The position numbers and the translations under genes were made by a program. The notes under the pieces were generated by a model. It did no database searches. It was not told where the DNA came from and saw nothing but the letters and a program-made list of their open reading frames with translations. Shown here in pieces: positions 28,820-40,300 of a DNA stretch of 58,464 nucleotides. Each line of letters opens with the position of its first letter. Position 1 is the first letter of the stretch. This DNA comes from a virus (Duplodnaviria > Caudoviricetes). The DNA is taken from the IMG/VR virus record IMGVR_UViG_3300021964_000073, positions 1 through 58,464 of that record; one strand, 5' to 3'.

Positions 28820-31819
28820 TTATACGTTATATTGATAATTTCCGAAAACAATGTATTGCTCTTCGCTGTTACCTTTAGTACTGTCTATTATATATCTATC
28901 TATATCAAAGTCAAGTACTTTAAAGTCAAAACCGCTGTTTTTGATATTTAATAATATATCGGCACTTGTTCCGGGTTTACAATAGCATAACGGAACAGCC
29001 GGCACAAATCCTAGTGTACCTTGTCCTAGAGTTTGTTGTGTACGCATCCAAAGTGGTAAAAACTCTCTTTCAGTATCACCTACTTGTTTTATTCTGTTAC
29101 GCATATTTGTAATATTTGTAAGATATCTAAATTGGTCTTTTGACTGACTTGCATTAACACCTTGTGTATCTGCTTTAATAGTATTTGTATTGGGTCTAAA
29201 TCTATAAGGTTCTGCAGGGTCTCCTGGCAAAATTGAATTACTATTAAACTGTGTACTGCCGTCATTACTAAACACAACTACAGATCCAGTTGTTGTTACA
29301 AATTGTTCACCTTCTCTAGTAACAATGATCAACGAGTCGTCTACAGATGGAACACTAAGAGTTGCACCCCTACCTAATATTTCTAATCCAGATCGTCCTG
29401 TACCAATGCCGCTATTATCATCTTTTTCTTCGACATTAACACTGTCGACTGTTATACTTTGATTATTTGATATCTTAATTTTATTTTTAGATCTTCCGAT
29501 TGTAGGTTCTGCTGGATCAATTATCTCTACATAAACTACTTCGTATACTATATCATTACTGCCACGTGCAGTTGCTTTTGCAGTTTTTACAGAACCAAAT
29601 CTAAATCGTTTTCTTTTGTGATTTAATCCTGCCGCGCCTATATAGGTTTCTATTTCTTTAGTTTCAATGCCTGCATATGCTAACATTTTTAAATTAGTTT
29701 GTAATCCAAACTGTGAATCATTAGGTCTGTAAATACTTGCTGGAGTAAAGATGTTTGGATTAGATATAAACTGATTGAATAAATTTTTATTTTGTTCTTT
29801 CATCAACGGACGCATACTTAAATTACTGTACAATGTATCATCAGGATCAATTGTACTTAAAGTAAATTGTCTTTCAATAGCACTAAATCCAAATTGGTCT
29901 TGGGCTCGTATAGTAAATGTATATTTTCTATCAATAGTAGTTTCAGAACCATCAAATGTTGTTGTTTTATTATCAAATACTGTTAATCCAAGATTTTCAA
30001 CAGTACCAAACTGTGTAATTTTACCTACTATTTCTCCGTCAATAGCTAAACTTAATCCAGGAGGTAGTTTGCCACTTACTAATGTATAAAATAATTTTCC
30101 ATCAGGCACGTTTGTACTTGCTTTTACACCTAATGTACTAATAAAATTTGCTCTTAGTGTTCCAAGATTTTCAGCAGTTAGCCATGAAATAGTACTTTCA
30201 ACTTCACCTAATAGTTTTACAGTAAATGTTTTTTCACTTTCTACAGTATCTGCTTCACTATTAGTAGTTTGTACAAAGAATGTTGTACCTCTTGGTATTA
30301 CTGTACCATAATAAATTTTTGTATATTCTGTAATGTCTTGTGCTAGTGTGCCGTCGATATTAATAATACCGTAATCAACTCCGTCAATAGTTTCAACTTC
30401 TAATCCTTCAAACTTATGTGATGTTGCACCGTCATAGTATACACCCGAAATATCAGTTGTAGTAGGATTATAAACTTTAATACGTCCTGCACCTGTAAGG
30501 TTATCTGCTGTTGCTAAAAAATAAGTTGAACTTTTTAAAGGCTCAGTCAATTCTACAGTATCAAAATCGTTACTTTGTGTGCCAGTTAAAATGTTTGCAT
30601 ACGTTTGACTTTTTGTACTAAGTCTTGGTAGACTTAACAACGTATCTAAATTAATAACTTTTGTAATTTTTACAAACTTTGTTCCGCCTAGTACCGGAGC
30701 ATCTTCGTATAAATCAAATTGTGTTTCTTCATAATCAATATCTGCAATCTGCCTAATAGCACTGATTGTAAATTTATATTCTCTTGTTATTGCAGGTTGG
30801 TAAGGAACTCGTCCTGCAATTTCACCTGTTCTAGAATCAAGTGCAAGTCCAGGAGGCAATGTACTTTCACTACCATCGTCATTAGTTTGTTTTAATATAT
30901 AACTGATTACACCTGTTGTACTAGCCGGATCATATGTATCTAAAAATAATGTTACATAGTTGTCTGCACGTCTAAATCCTAAATCACCCGGAGTTAACCA
31001 TACTGGCTTTCTTAGGTTTGTATTATCTGCTGTAAACAATCCTGAAGCAACTTGCATAATTGTGTTGTCTGTACGTAAGAAGTCATCACCTACAAGGTAT
31101 AATTGAAACTTACGTTTGGAAACTGTTGTTCCGTCGCTAACACTTACTATGAACTCATAATAGCGATTTAATTTTTTTGGACTACGTGTCGGTGTGTTAA
31201 AATCATAAAATGTTGTATCAAAGAAATAACTATCAAAACCATTAGAGCTTTTAACTCCAAAGTCGAAAGGAAATTCTCCATATGTATTTGTGTCAAAATA
31301 TCCTGTGTTTGCACGATTCTGTAATGCAAGTATAGGTTCAACTGCTCCAACAATCTTACCATCGGTTGTTAATCTTAATCCCGGAGGCAATTCTCCATCT
31401 TCGCTTGCAATCCAATATTCTAAATTTTCACCTGCTTTAAGATCAGGATCTAATACTTCTAATTGAAAATCTACAATACTACTATCTAATACATATGCTT
31501 TGGTGTTTGGTCCCATACCTAAAGCACCTTCAGGTGTTACCCAAGTTGGAGCATCCATGCCATCGATTGTTAGATTAAATGTTCTATCTTGTTTAAAGAT
31601 GCCACTTGTAGCTCTAATACAAAATGTGCTAGTTATACTTCTAGCAACTTCAAAAGGAGTTCCTTCTAATCTATTATTTTCTATTCTTAATCCTGCAGGA
31701 AGTTTACCACTTATTAGTGTTAGTGTAGGAGCGTTTTGAACAGGCAAGGGAATTGATTGGGTTGTGCCTTCTTGAAAAGTCCCAAGATTATATCCTGTTG
31801 CTACTGTCCATAGTTCCAT
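28820..31819 (-). CDS. Large virion protein with Ig-like repeats (baseplate wedge-like)
   Basis: Repeated LP(A/P)GL(R/A/S)(I/L)...G.I.G motifs typical of putative Ig domains; sits in the structural block. Confidence 0.7.
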   Translation of the reverse strand: MELWTVATGYNLGTFQEGTTQSIPLPVQNAPTLTLISGKLPAGLRIENNRLEGTPFEVARSITSTFCIRATSGIFKQDRTFNLTIDGMDAPTWVTPEGALGMGPNTKAYVLDSSIVDFQLEVLDPDLKAGENLEYWIASEDGELPPGLRLTTDGKIVGAVEPILALQNRANTGYFDTNTYGEFPFDFGVKSSNGFDSYFFDTTFYDFNTPTRSPKKLNRYYEFIVSVSDGTTVSKRKFQLYLVGDDFLRTDNTIMQVASGLFTADNTNLRKPVWLTPGDLGFRRADNYVTLFLDTYDPASTTGVISYILKQTNDDGSESTLPPGLALDSRTGEIAGRVPYQPAITREYKFTISAIRQIADIDYEETQFDLYEDAPVLGGTKFVKITKVINLDTLLSLPRLSTKSQTYANILTGTQSNDFDTVELTEPLKSSTYFLATADNLTGAGRIKVYNPTTTDISGVYYDGATSHKFEGLEVETIDGVDYGIINIDGTLAQDITEYTKIYYGTVIPRGTTFFVQTTNSEADTVESEKTFTVKLLGEVESTISWLTAENLGTLRANFISTLGVKASTNVPDGKLFYTLVSGKLPPGLSLAIDGEIVGKITQFGTVENLGLTVFDNKTTTFDGSETTIDRKYTFTIRAQDQFGFSAIERQFTLSTIDPDDTLYSNLSMRPLMKEQNKNLFNQFISNPNIFTPASIYRPNDSQFGLQTNLKMLAYAGIETKEIETYIGAAGLNHKRKRFRFGSVKTAKATARGSNDIVYEVVYVEIIDPAEPTIGRSKNKIKISNNQSITVDSVNVEEKDDNSGIGTGRSGLEILGRGATLSVPSVDDSLIIVTREGEQFVTTTGSVVVFSNDGSTQFNSNSILPGDPAEPYRFRPNTNTIKADTQGVNASQSKDQFRYLTNITNMRNRIKQVGDTEREFLPLWMRTQQTLGQGTLGFVPAVPLCYCKPGTSADILLNIKNSGFDFKVLDFDIDRYIIDSTKGNSEEQYIVFGNYQYNV

Positions 31820-32496
31820 TAAATATCACCTAAGTCTACATTTAGTTGATTCGGGCTTACATAAGTTCCAAAGTCAACATCGGTTGTTGCTTCAATAAAT
31901 TCAATAAAATTTGTTGCTACTTTGTTAATATCACCAAAATCAAAACCTTTAACAAAACTTTGTATGCCATCAACTTCACGCATGTCTACACCGAACACTG
32001 TAGTTCGTACATCCCCGGAACCTGTAATATTAAATCCGTTTGTGTCTAAGTTATTACCTAAGCGTGGATTTGAGTCTGATTGTAATACTGTTTGACTTGC
32101 TATAGTAACACTATTATCTGTGACAGTTGTTGTTACGTTTGAACCGCCTGCTATAGTAAGTGCAGAATTAGATTGATCAAGTGTACTATTACCTGTATCA
32201 GCAATAACACTTATTCCATTTAATCCTGTTGCAGTTGAGCTTATTGTAATACCATTTGCAGTTGCAACTAATGTAGTTCCTGATCCTGCAATTATTTTTT
32301 TAAATTGTAAGTCAGCATTAACTCTTTGTGCAAATATACCTTCACCTGAACTACCTAAGTTACTAGCAGTTGTTGCTTCGACTATGCGATTGTCTAATTC
32401 TGAAAAGTTACTATTTGCTTTAGTAAACGCTTCTCTTAGATCATCTCCGCTACCGTCGTTTGCAACAGTTCCTATGTTAATTGTTTTTATTGCCAT
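31819..32496 (-). CDS. Baseplate/tail-fibre connector, gp9/gp10-like N-terminus
   Basis: INIGTVANDGSGDDLREAFTKANSNFSEL. Confidence 0.75.
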   Translation of the reverse strand: MAIKTINIGTVANDGSGDDLREAFTKANSNFSELDNRIVEATTASNLGSSGEGIFAQRVNADLQFKKIIAGSGTTLVATANGITISSTATGLNGISVIADTGNSTLDQSNSALTIAGGSNVTTTVTDNSVTIASQTVLQSDSNPRLGNNLDTNGFNITGSGDVRTTVFGVDMREVDGIQSFVKGFDFGDINKVATNFIEFIEATTDVDFGTYVSPNQLNVDLGDI

Positions 32497-32498
32497 CT

Positions 32499-34994
32499 TT
32501 AACTCCTGATACTGTATTTACCTGATATTGTGCTTGTACTAGAATTTAATTTATTATATCTTTGTACAGCTACACGTCTAGGCCCGCCCATAGCGTCATT
32601 TGTATCGCCATATCCTGTAAGTGATCCTGCTTGCATTGTTTCTACACTATCATTATGTACCATAGTCTTTAACTGTGCTGGAGTCAGCATAGGATTGGCT
32701 TGCAAGTATAATGCTCCAATACCGCACATCTGTGGACTAGCCATACTAGTGCCTTGAATGTTACATTGTCTAAAACCGCCACCACCGTAATATGCGGCAT
32801 CAGTAAATTTGTTAGTTGTGCTTGTACAACTTGTAATCTCGTCACCAGCGGCATAGATATCTACACCCGGCCCTGTTGTACTAAATCCAACTTTGTTATC
32901 TGCTGTTGAATTTTGTGCAAGCAAACTTCCTACCATAAATGCTTCTGTACTATATGGTGAACTACCTCTGTGGTAAAAACGACTGCCGCCACTATACACT
33001 ACAATATTACCATAGTCATCACCGCCATCTACATCTACTTTAAAACTATTGTTACCTGCGGCAATACATACATGTACGCCTTCGTCTATAAGTTCTTGTA
33101 CGTCTGTATCTACACTTGTAACTCTTACAGGAACTCTATAAGATCCATTAGAAAAGTATGGATACAATCCGTAGGTATCTCTTAGGTGTGATCTAGTTGC
33201 AAAACTTGGATCATTACTACTACTATAGGTAGTTCCTCTGTACTCAATTGAAGTTGCTGTTCCATATCCTGTACTGTAGCCCCAACTCATGTTTACTATA
33301 GTTGGACGTTTACGTCCTGTTACAGGATCAATTGGTTTATTCCTGTGCCATAATTTTATAACATCAAAACAATTACTAATACTAATACCTGTACCACTGT
33401 CACCTGAGCCTTCTAGGCCTGCAACTTTGACACTATATACTCTTGAATTTTTTGCCCAACCAAAGTGTTTACCAGCCGCAGTGCCAGCAACGTGTGTACC
33501 GTGACCGTCTGTATCTCTGTAATGATTTACACTCTGTGCAAAACTTAATCCACTTGCTTCGGCCCAATTTATTTGATGTACTCTATATCCTGTATCTGCA
33601 ACATATCCTGAACCACCTGCTATTGCTGGATTGTCTTGTGCTGGTGTATTGCCGTCTTGGAATATGCTTCTAATAGTAGCAAGCGGTGGCTTACTAATAA
33701 CTGGAGCAATGTATGTGTTGTGGAAAGCATAACCTAATGGATTGTTTGCTAGAATACCTGCTTTAGTACGCATATCGTCTGTCCACTCTGGAGCAAGACT
33801 TCCGCCTTCCCATAAACTTGTATATTCAAACATACAAAAGTTTAGTAGATACAAGTATTCTTTTGCCGCTACTTCAAATGCATCTGCATCAGTCTTCCAA
33901 GCATTTCCGCCATATCCTGATGAATCCCATTTGCCTGCATCATATGCTTCTTCCATTGCCGCATACAAATCACCTGACTGCCAATCAGCGGCTAAGAAAC
34001 TATATAATTTTATATCATCTGCAGGTAAACCGTGCATGTGTAGAGTGTGTAATACGTGTTCAATAACTTCTTGTGCGTCTATGTCGCCGTCGCCATAACC
34101 ATCACCAGTTGAGTTCAAATACCAAACCATATCGTTTGCTACATGGCTATCAAATAGTGGTGATAGATTCCAAAAAGTAATACCAGCATCTGTTAAGAAG
34201 TTTGTGCTATAGTCTCCACCGGCTCCTCTTGCTACTCGTTGTAGTGTTGGCAATCCAGCGTGATAAGTCCCTGTGTCACCACGTAGTGTTTTAATCATCA
34301 TCCTCTGGTATGTTTTATTAATACCCGCGGCATTTGGATCTAAGAACAGTTCAAACATACGTGCTACTTTTTCTAGCCACGCATCTGGAACTGCTGTTTG
34401 TCCACCTACTCCGCCAGCACCCATTATTCTTACACCGTTGGTTGTAACTTCACGTTTGAAGAAATCACTGCCATTACCGTTAACATTAATAATTGAGCCA
34501 TTTCTGTAATCAACATCAAGATCATCAATAGCAAACTCTGGATGGTCAACTTGTAGTCCACTATCTTGTATTACAACATCTACTCCTTCACCATCTAAGG
34601 CATAATCGTAACTGCCTACTAATGATGTAGACCATGTTGTATCTTCTGTGGTTATACTATGACGTCTTTTACCCCAGTCTATAACTTGTGTGCTAAGTTC
34701 ACTAGTTCCTTTATAAAAAGTTCCTGTAACTCTAGCTTGTATTCCTATTTCTAAACTATCATCTTGTTCGGGTGGAATAGCAACATCAAGAACTCTGCTA
34801 TCACTTTTAAGTGCATCAGCTTCAGCTTCTGTAAGCAAGTAATGTGTATTACGTTGTGAACCTGGTCTTGCGTTTGCTACTGTGGTTGATCTGTTTGGTA
34901 TGTTACCAGCACCAGTTTCTTCAATCATTTCCTGATTAAATGCTTCGTAGTCTACACCTTTTTTAAGAGTAACTACATATTCTACTTCACTCAT
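32499..34994 (-). CDS. Subtilisin-like (S8) serine protease with a large insertion
   Basis: VVIQDSG (Asp), GHGTHVAG (His), AAGN (oxyanion), GTSMASP (Ser); N-terminal propeptide EYVVTL. Confidence 0.9.
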   Translation of the reverse strand: MSEVEYVVTLKKGVDYEAFNQEMIEETGAGNIPNRSTTVANARPGSQRNTHYLLTEAEADALKSDSRVLDVAIPPEQDDSLEIGIQARVTGTFYKGTSELSTQVIDWGKRRHSITTEDTTWSTSLVGSYDYALDGEGVDVVIQDSGLQVDHPEFAIDDLDVDYRNGSIINVNGNGSDFFKREVTTNGVRIMGAGGVGGQTAVPDAWLEKVARMFELFLDPNAAGINKTYQRMMIKTLRGDTGTYHAGLPTLQRVARGAGGDYSTNFLTDAGITFWNLSPLFDSHVANDMVWYLNSTGDGYGDGDIDAQEVIEHVLHTLHMHGLPADDIKLYSFLAADWQSGDLYAAMEEAYDAGKWDSSGYGGNAWKTDADAFEVAAKEYLYLLNFCMFEYTSLWEGGSLAPEWTDDMRTKAGILANNPLGYAFHNTYIAPVISKPPLATIRSIFQDGNTPAQDNPAIAGGSGYVADTGYRVHQINWAEASGLSFAQSVNHYRDTDGHGTHVAGTAAGKHFGWAKNSRVYSVKVAGLEGSGDSGTGISISNCFDVIKLWHRNKPIDPVTGRKRPTIVNMSWGYSTGYGTATSIEYRGTTYSSSNDPSFATRSHLRDTYGLYPYFSNGSYRVPVRVTSVDTDVQELIDEGVHVCIAAGNNSFKVDVDGGDDYGNIVVYSGGSRFYHRGSSPYSTEAFMVGSLLAQNSTADNKVGFSTTGPGVDIYAAGDEITSCTSTTNKFTDAAYYGGGGFRQCNIQGTSMASPQMCGIGALYLQANPMLTPAQLKTMVHNDSVETMQAGSLTGYGDTNDAMGGPRRVAVQRYNKLNSSTSTISGKYSIRS

Positions 34995-35003
34995 GTTAAC
35001 TCC

Positions 35004-36890
35004 TTAATGTAAGTCTACCCACGCACCGTTAGCATATCCTTGAAACTTATTAGTTGTAGTGTTATAAATTGTATCTCCGTTAACTGCTGTAAGAGCATTA
35101 CGTTCAGTAGTAGTGAAACTTGCCATGGTCAATGGACTCTTATTAATGACAACTCTATCTGTTGCACTTAGGTTTATACTTGAAGCACTTTCTATTGTAG
35201 GTACTCCTGCACCTGTGCTAACAATATTAGATGCTGTAATTGTTCCTGTTACGGTTAAGTCATTGTCAACAGTAAGATTATTTTCAACATCAAGATCACT
35301 GCTCATTGTTACTGCTGGAGTAATTGTAATACCGCTTGAATCGTCTGTGTCAATAATACTAGAACTTAATGTAAAGTTACCGATTGAGTCTCCGCCGCCT
35401 TGTGCTACCCAAGCGTAATCTCCACTAGTCCAACTTAGTACGTAACCATCAGTAGGATTGCTTTGATTTAAATGTGTGTCTACATCTGCGTTTGCATATG
35501 CATCAGTAATTCCAAATCCTGATATTGTAGTCGGCTTGCCTGTAAGTGCCGCCCATGAAGCTGATGCTGTAATACCGGTTAAGTTACTACCGTCACCGTA
35601 GAAATTATTTGCATAAACATTATTCCACTTATTGGCAACAGACCCTAAGTCTACTGAGTTTGCAGTTGCACCTGTTAGCACACCTGTACTAAATGGTTGT
35701 GTAGTTGAACTACCTCCTGTAATAACTTGATCTAAACTAATACTTGTTAAGTTACTTCCGTTACCATAAAGCGTATCTGCTTTGAATGTTCCAGTAACAT
35801 CTAAATTATATAATGGAGTAGTGTTCCATAAACCTATTCTACCTGCACTAGTATCTACAAATAATGCAGTTACCGCAGTACTTACTGGTTTTGTTTTTAT
35901 ATATAAATCATGCCCAACAGTATTAATACTCATGTCAACTGCTGTAGCTGTTGTGCTTATTGTAAAGTCGCTGTCTGCACCTAGAATTATTCCACCATCG
36001 TTTGAAACAGTAAGGCTACCTGTAATATTTTGATTACCTAATCTACCCAGTGCGTCTGTAATTCCGTAACCAGCTAATGTAGTTGGTGTTCCAGTTAATG
36101 AACTCCATGCACCGTCAAAAGTATTCGGAGTGTTTGAAAAGTTGTTATAGTCTAAATAATAACTTCCAGCAAATCCGCCAAGTGTTGATGCATCTAATCC
36201 ACCACCACCTTCTGCAATATCTGCGGCAGGCGCCCAGTTTGAGCCATTCCATTTTAATACTTGTCCTGCTGTTGGTGGTGTGCTTGATGTATCTACATCT
36301 GCTAAATCATCTATGTCGTTTGGAATAGTTGGTTTATCAGTTAAGTTTACATAACTACCTGTAGTTGCAACACTTGCTAAACTAGGTGTACCTATTACTT
36401 CATTGTAATTAATGTAACTGTTTACAAATGCTTGTTGCACACCGTCAAATTTTAATGTTTGGTTTGCACTTGGAGTTGTTAAAATAACATCACTTAAATC
36501 TTCAATTTCTCCAGCCGCGCCTCCGCCACCGCCTGTGTTTATAACAGTTAGTGTTCCTGCGGCATCGTTATATGTTAAATCTATCCCGGTACCTTCGGTT
36601 AGCATTGCGGCAACAATGTCTTGTACTCTTTCAGCTGTGTGATATAAATTAGTACTGCCTTCTGGTAACTCGTCAGTTGTTTGTGCAACTACTGCCGGCT
36701 TGTTTGTTAAGTCTGCATAACTTCCGCTGAACGGACTATATGCTACACCTGCTATAGTTAATCCTGTAGCGGCTATCGATCCTGCGTTTACTATTCCGCT
36801 TCCTGCTAAATTTAAATTATCACCTATCGGTAACTCTTTTAATTTATTGCCATCATCTGTATCAATTATTAGTGGAAATCTATTTGCCAT
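35004..36890 (-). CDS. Tail fibre protein
   Basis: Gly/Thr-rich; SY.DLT.KP, PTTLAGYGITDA and GQVLKWNG repeats; C-terminal GDTIYNTTTNKFQGYANGAWVDL. Confidence 0.8.
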   Translation of the reverse strand: MANRFPLIIDTDDGNKLKELPIGDNLNLAGSGIVNAGSIAATGLTIAGVAYSPFSGSYADLTNKPAVVAQTTDELPEGSTNLYHTAERVQDIVAAMLTEGTGIDLTYNDAAGTLTVINTGGGGGAAGEIEDLSDVILTTPSANQTLKFDGVQQAFVNSYINYNEVIGTPSLASVATTGSYVNLTDKPTIPNDIDDLADVDTSSTPPTAGQVLKWNGSNWAPAADIAEGGGGLDASTLGGFAGSYYLDYNNFSNTPNTFDGAWSSLTGTPTTLAGYGITDALGRLGNQNITGSLTVSNDGGIILGADSDFTISTTATAVDMSINTVGHDLYIKTKPVSTAVTALFVDTSAGRIGLWNTTPLYNLDVTGTFKADTLYGNGSNLTSISLDQVITGGSSTTQPFSTGVLTGATANSVDLGSVANKWNNVYANNFYGDGSNLTGITASASWAALTGKPTTISGFGITDAYANADVDTHLNQSNPTDGYVLSWTSGDYAWVAQGGGDSIGNFTLSSSIIDTDDSSGITITPAVTMSSDLDVENNLTVDNDLTVTGTITASNIVSTGAGVPTIESASSINLSATDRVVINKSPLTMASFTTTERNALTAVNGDTIYNTTTNKFQGYANGAWVDLH

Positions 36891-36900
36891 ATCTTTATCC

Positions 36901-37374
36901 TTATAACGCCGCTATTCTTGTTTGGAAGTCTGCAAAGTCGGCACTTGCCGCTACTTCTGTTTTTAGTGTTGCGAGTGTAATTGTTTCTGCTTGTAATGCA
37001 GTTGCCGCCAATGCACCTTGTGCAGATGTTGCCGCATCTGTAATTCCGTAACCTGCTAGTGTAGTTGGTGTACCGTTTAATACTGCCCACGATATAGTAG
37101 AATTAACAGCATCAACAAGTAACGTACTATCGTCTGCAAACACACTACCGGTTAAATCGCCGTTAAAAGTATTTGTAGATGCATTTACAATAACAGTACT
37201 GTCTTGTCCAATAACATCACCTTTAACACTTTGTACTGTAATAGCATTATCGTTATCTACAACAGCAAGATATAATTCTGTAAAGTTGTCATTTACTTTA
37301 TCAAATGCTGTTCTAATTGCATCACCGTCACCTTTGTTAGCACTTGAACCTATATTAATTAACTGTTGTGTCAT
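36901..37374 (-). CDS. Short fibre/connector, gp9/gp10-like N-terminus
   Basis: INIGSSANKGDGDAIRTAFDKVNDNFTELY; PTTLAGYGITDA. Confidence 0.75.
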   Translation of the reverse strand: MTQQLINIGSSANKGDGDAIRTAFDKVNDNFTELYLAVVDNDNAITVQSVKGDVIGQDSTVIVNASTNTFNGDLTGSVFADDSTLLVDAVNSTISWAVLNGTPTTLAGYGITDAATSAQGALAATALQAETITLATLKTEVAASADFADFQTRIAAL

Positions 37375-40300
37375 TATACTCTCCCTACAACGACTTCAAC
37401 TAAGCCCTTGCCGTCATCTGTTTTAGATCCAACTGCTTTACCTATAACTTGTCCTATACCTGGACTATTATTAACAATAGCATAACCTTCTATAGCACTT
37501 GTTACAAGCATGTCGCCTTTACGTACCATACCAATTACTTTACATGGAACTCTACCTTGTAATGCTAATGGAACAACGTGTTCGCCATCTAATGCACTAT
37601 TCATTAAGTGTGCTGGATTTTCTGAAACAATACCTGCTACTCTTGTATTACCTTTTTCATTAGTAATTGTAATTTCTTGTTCGCCGCCAAACACAACCAC
37701 TGTACCAAATTCATATTTTGCATCAGCTAGATAATTCTCAGCCAAGTCAGCATACTGTGCAGATGTAGCAGTACCATAAATTGTGCCAAAAGCGTTTGTA
37801 CCAGAACCAATATCATATGTTCCGTTTGTATAAGGTATAAACTTAGTTTGTTGGAATGTTATAGCTGGCTGGTTATCATTTGCAATTATTGCAACTTCAC
37901 CTGCGTCACTAAATCCTGTACCTGCGCCGATTGCTATACCTGTACCGCTGGCATCTTTTTCACCTGGTGCTTCAATAAAGCTACTGTAGATCCAGTCAAC
38001 GCCAAGTCTTGATTGGTTAAGTGTACTATCTGTATTACTACCGTAACTTGAGTTCTTTTGGTGTGTACTTGGAGCAACTCCTACACTACCAATATCAACG
38101 CTACCTGCAAAAGTTGTTGTTGTATTACTAGGTATTGTACCAACACTATCAAATATACTTGCACCACCCGGTGTAGTTACATTAAGAGTGTTTGCTGTTT
38201 GGTCAATAATTTTATAGTTATCAATATATAAACTTTGTCCGTCTATGCCACCATCTGATTTTGTTTTTACAATACTATCTGCTTGTCCTGTTGTACTAAA
38301 TGTACCACCAGTGTTAACAACGTCAGCGAATGTAACTGCATCTGGTTGACCAGCGCCTGCTGATGTTCTACCAATAACATAGTTTTGAGGAATATCAGGG
38401 AATAATTCAAATTGTAGTCCGGCATTCTTAATATAGATCCATCCGTTTGAATCTTCAAATTGTAAGCTATTAAACGAAGCAACACCTAAATCATTTTGTG
38501 TAATACCTGTTGCATTTAATCTAGTAGTTGCGGCATTAAGTAATAATTTACTTTGTGCAATTATAGCGTTAGCGGCAATGTCACTATCTTCAATTGCTCC
38601 TGGAGTAATTCCAAATGTTGCAATATTATTAGCTACGCTGATAGTTATATCACCTGCTGGAGTTGCATTGTCGTATGTAGTGCCGTCGTATATTAATAAA
38701 TCATTAGTTGCTCTATTACCAATGTCTGCACCAATTGCTTCTGTACCAAAAGGTGTTCTACCGTCAACATAACTTTTTGTTGTTGCATCTTGTGGCTGAT
38801 CACTTCTTGGATCTGCCAAGTTAGCAATTTGATTACTACCCGCATTAAGGTTTCCAGTCAGCGATGTTGAACCATCTCTAGCAAGTACACCCGGGCCTAA
38901 TTGTCTATTAAGACCAACAACAGTTCCGTCTCTTTGGAAATGCAACCTTCTGTTAATAAATTCATCTACTGCAAATTCTGTAGGTACTGCCTGTGGATCT
39001 GCATCACTTAATAAGTCATCGTTTGAGAACTCACTAATTCTTACACCACGTCTAAATCCTAATCCGTCTAAGTTACTAATAGCAATACTTGCCGCGAAAG
39101 TAACTGTACCTGTACCTTGATCAACTTCAAAGTACTTACCAACTCTAAAGAATCCATCTTGGTCTGTACTTACCCAGAACACTCTACCTTTGCCACGTTC
39201 GTCAACCTCAGCGGCTTGTGAAGGTGTCTTAGTAGGCGGTCCATAAATAACACCTGGATAGTTTGATTCATTAAATCCGCCTGATCCAATATCGTTAAAG
39301 TCATGTCCGTTAGCTCTTAGTGTTGAAATACTAATTGTAATTGTTGCGTTTTCACCTGCAGGTAATGATAATGGTATAGTACGCTGTTGTGGAGTTCCAC
39401 CACCAAATTTAATACTTGAAACTAATCCTGCACTAGTTGCCGGACTGTTAATATCTGTACCTGAAACATCGTTAATAACAACAGTTGCATATTCGTAGTC
39501 ACCGTTTCCTGCATCAACTCTTGGAGTATAGTTTGAAACTCTAAAAGTTTTACCATCATGTGTAAAGATCATATCTGCATTATTAATTCTATCAATATCA
39601 ATAGTGCTTGAAATTCTAGTTATAGCAAGTACTCTATCTCCTGCTGTAGCACCCATTGTAGTTCCTGCACCTGCATATGTTGAGTCGCTTGCATATGTAT
39701 TGTCTAGTAATAAATTTAAATAATCAAATCCACTATCAAAAACAATTTGTGATTGATCTGATGGAAGTGCCGCATTGTCACTGTCTTGGTTGTTATAACT
39801 AATTGTTCTGTAAACTTGTGTTGGCTGTTCATCAAAGATAATAGCAGTTGATGGTCTAATTGTAGTTGCTGGCTCAACACTATCAAACAAGAAGTTTTTA
39901 TTTTGTCTTATTGCTAAAATATCGCCATTGTTAATTACTGCCGCTAGTCCTTCGTCACCACCTATTGTTAATCTATAAACTGGTAAGTTTGAACCTTTTG
40001 TTCCTGTTGCTGTAACACCATCGACTACGCTAACGTTGGTTATTTCATATTGAACATTTGATGTACCATCGTCAACATCTAGTAATGAATTATTGTATGG
40101 AGGATAATCACAGTCAGTAACATATACACTTGTAGCACCTACTGGCATCGTATATGTTGCATCTGTAAATCCTTCAACTGGCTGTGTCATAGGACGTAGT
40201 GTTGTGACTATATCAACTTCTTCGTTTGGATCTGACCCTGCTGATACTAATCCATAGTTACCATTTGAGTTAGAACAGTTCAACGCTCTAATAATACTAC

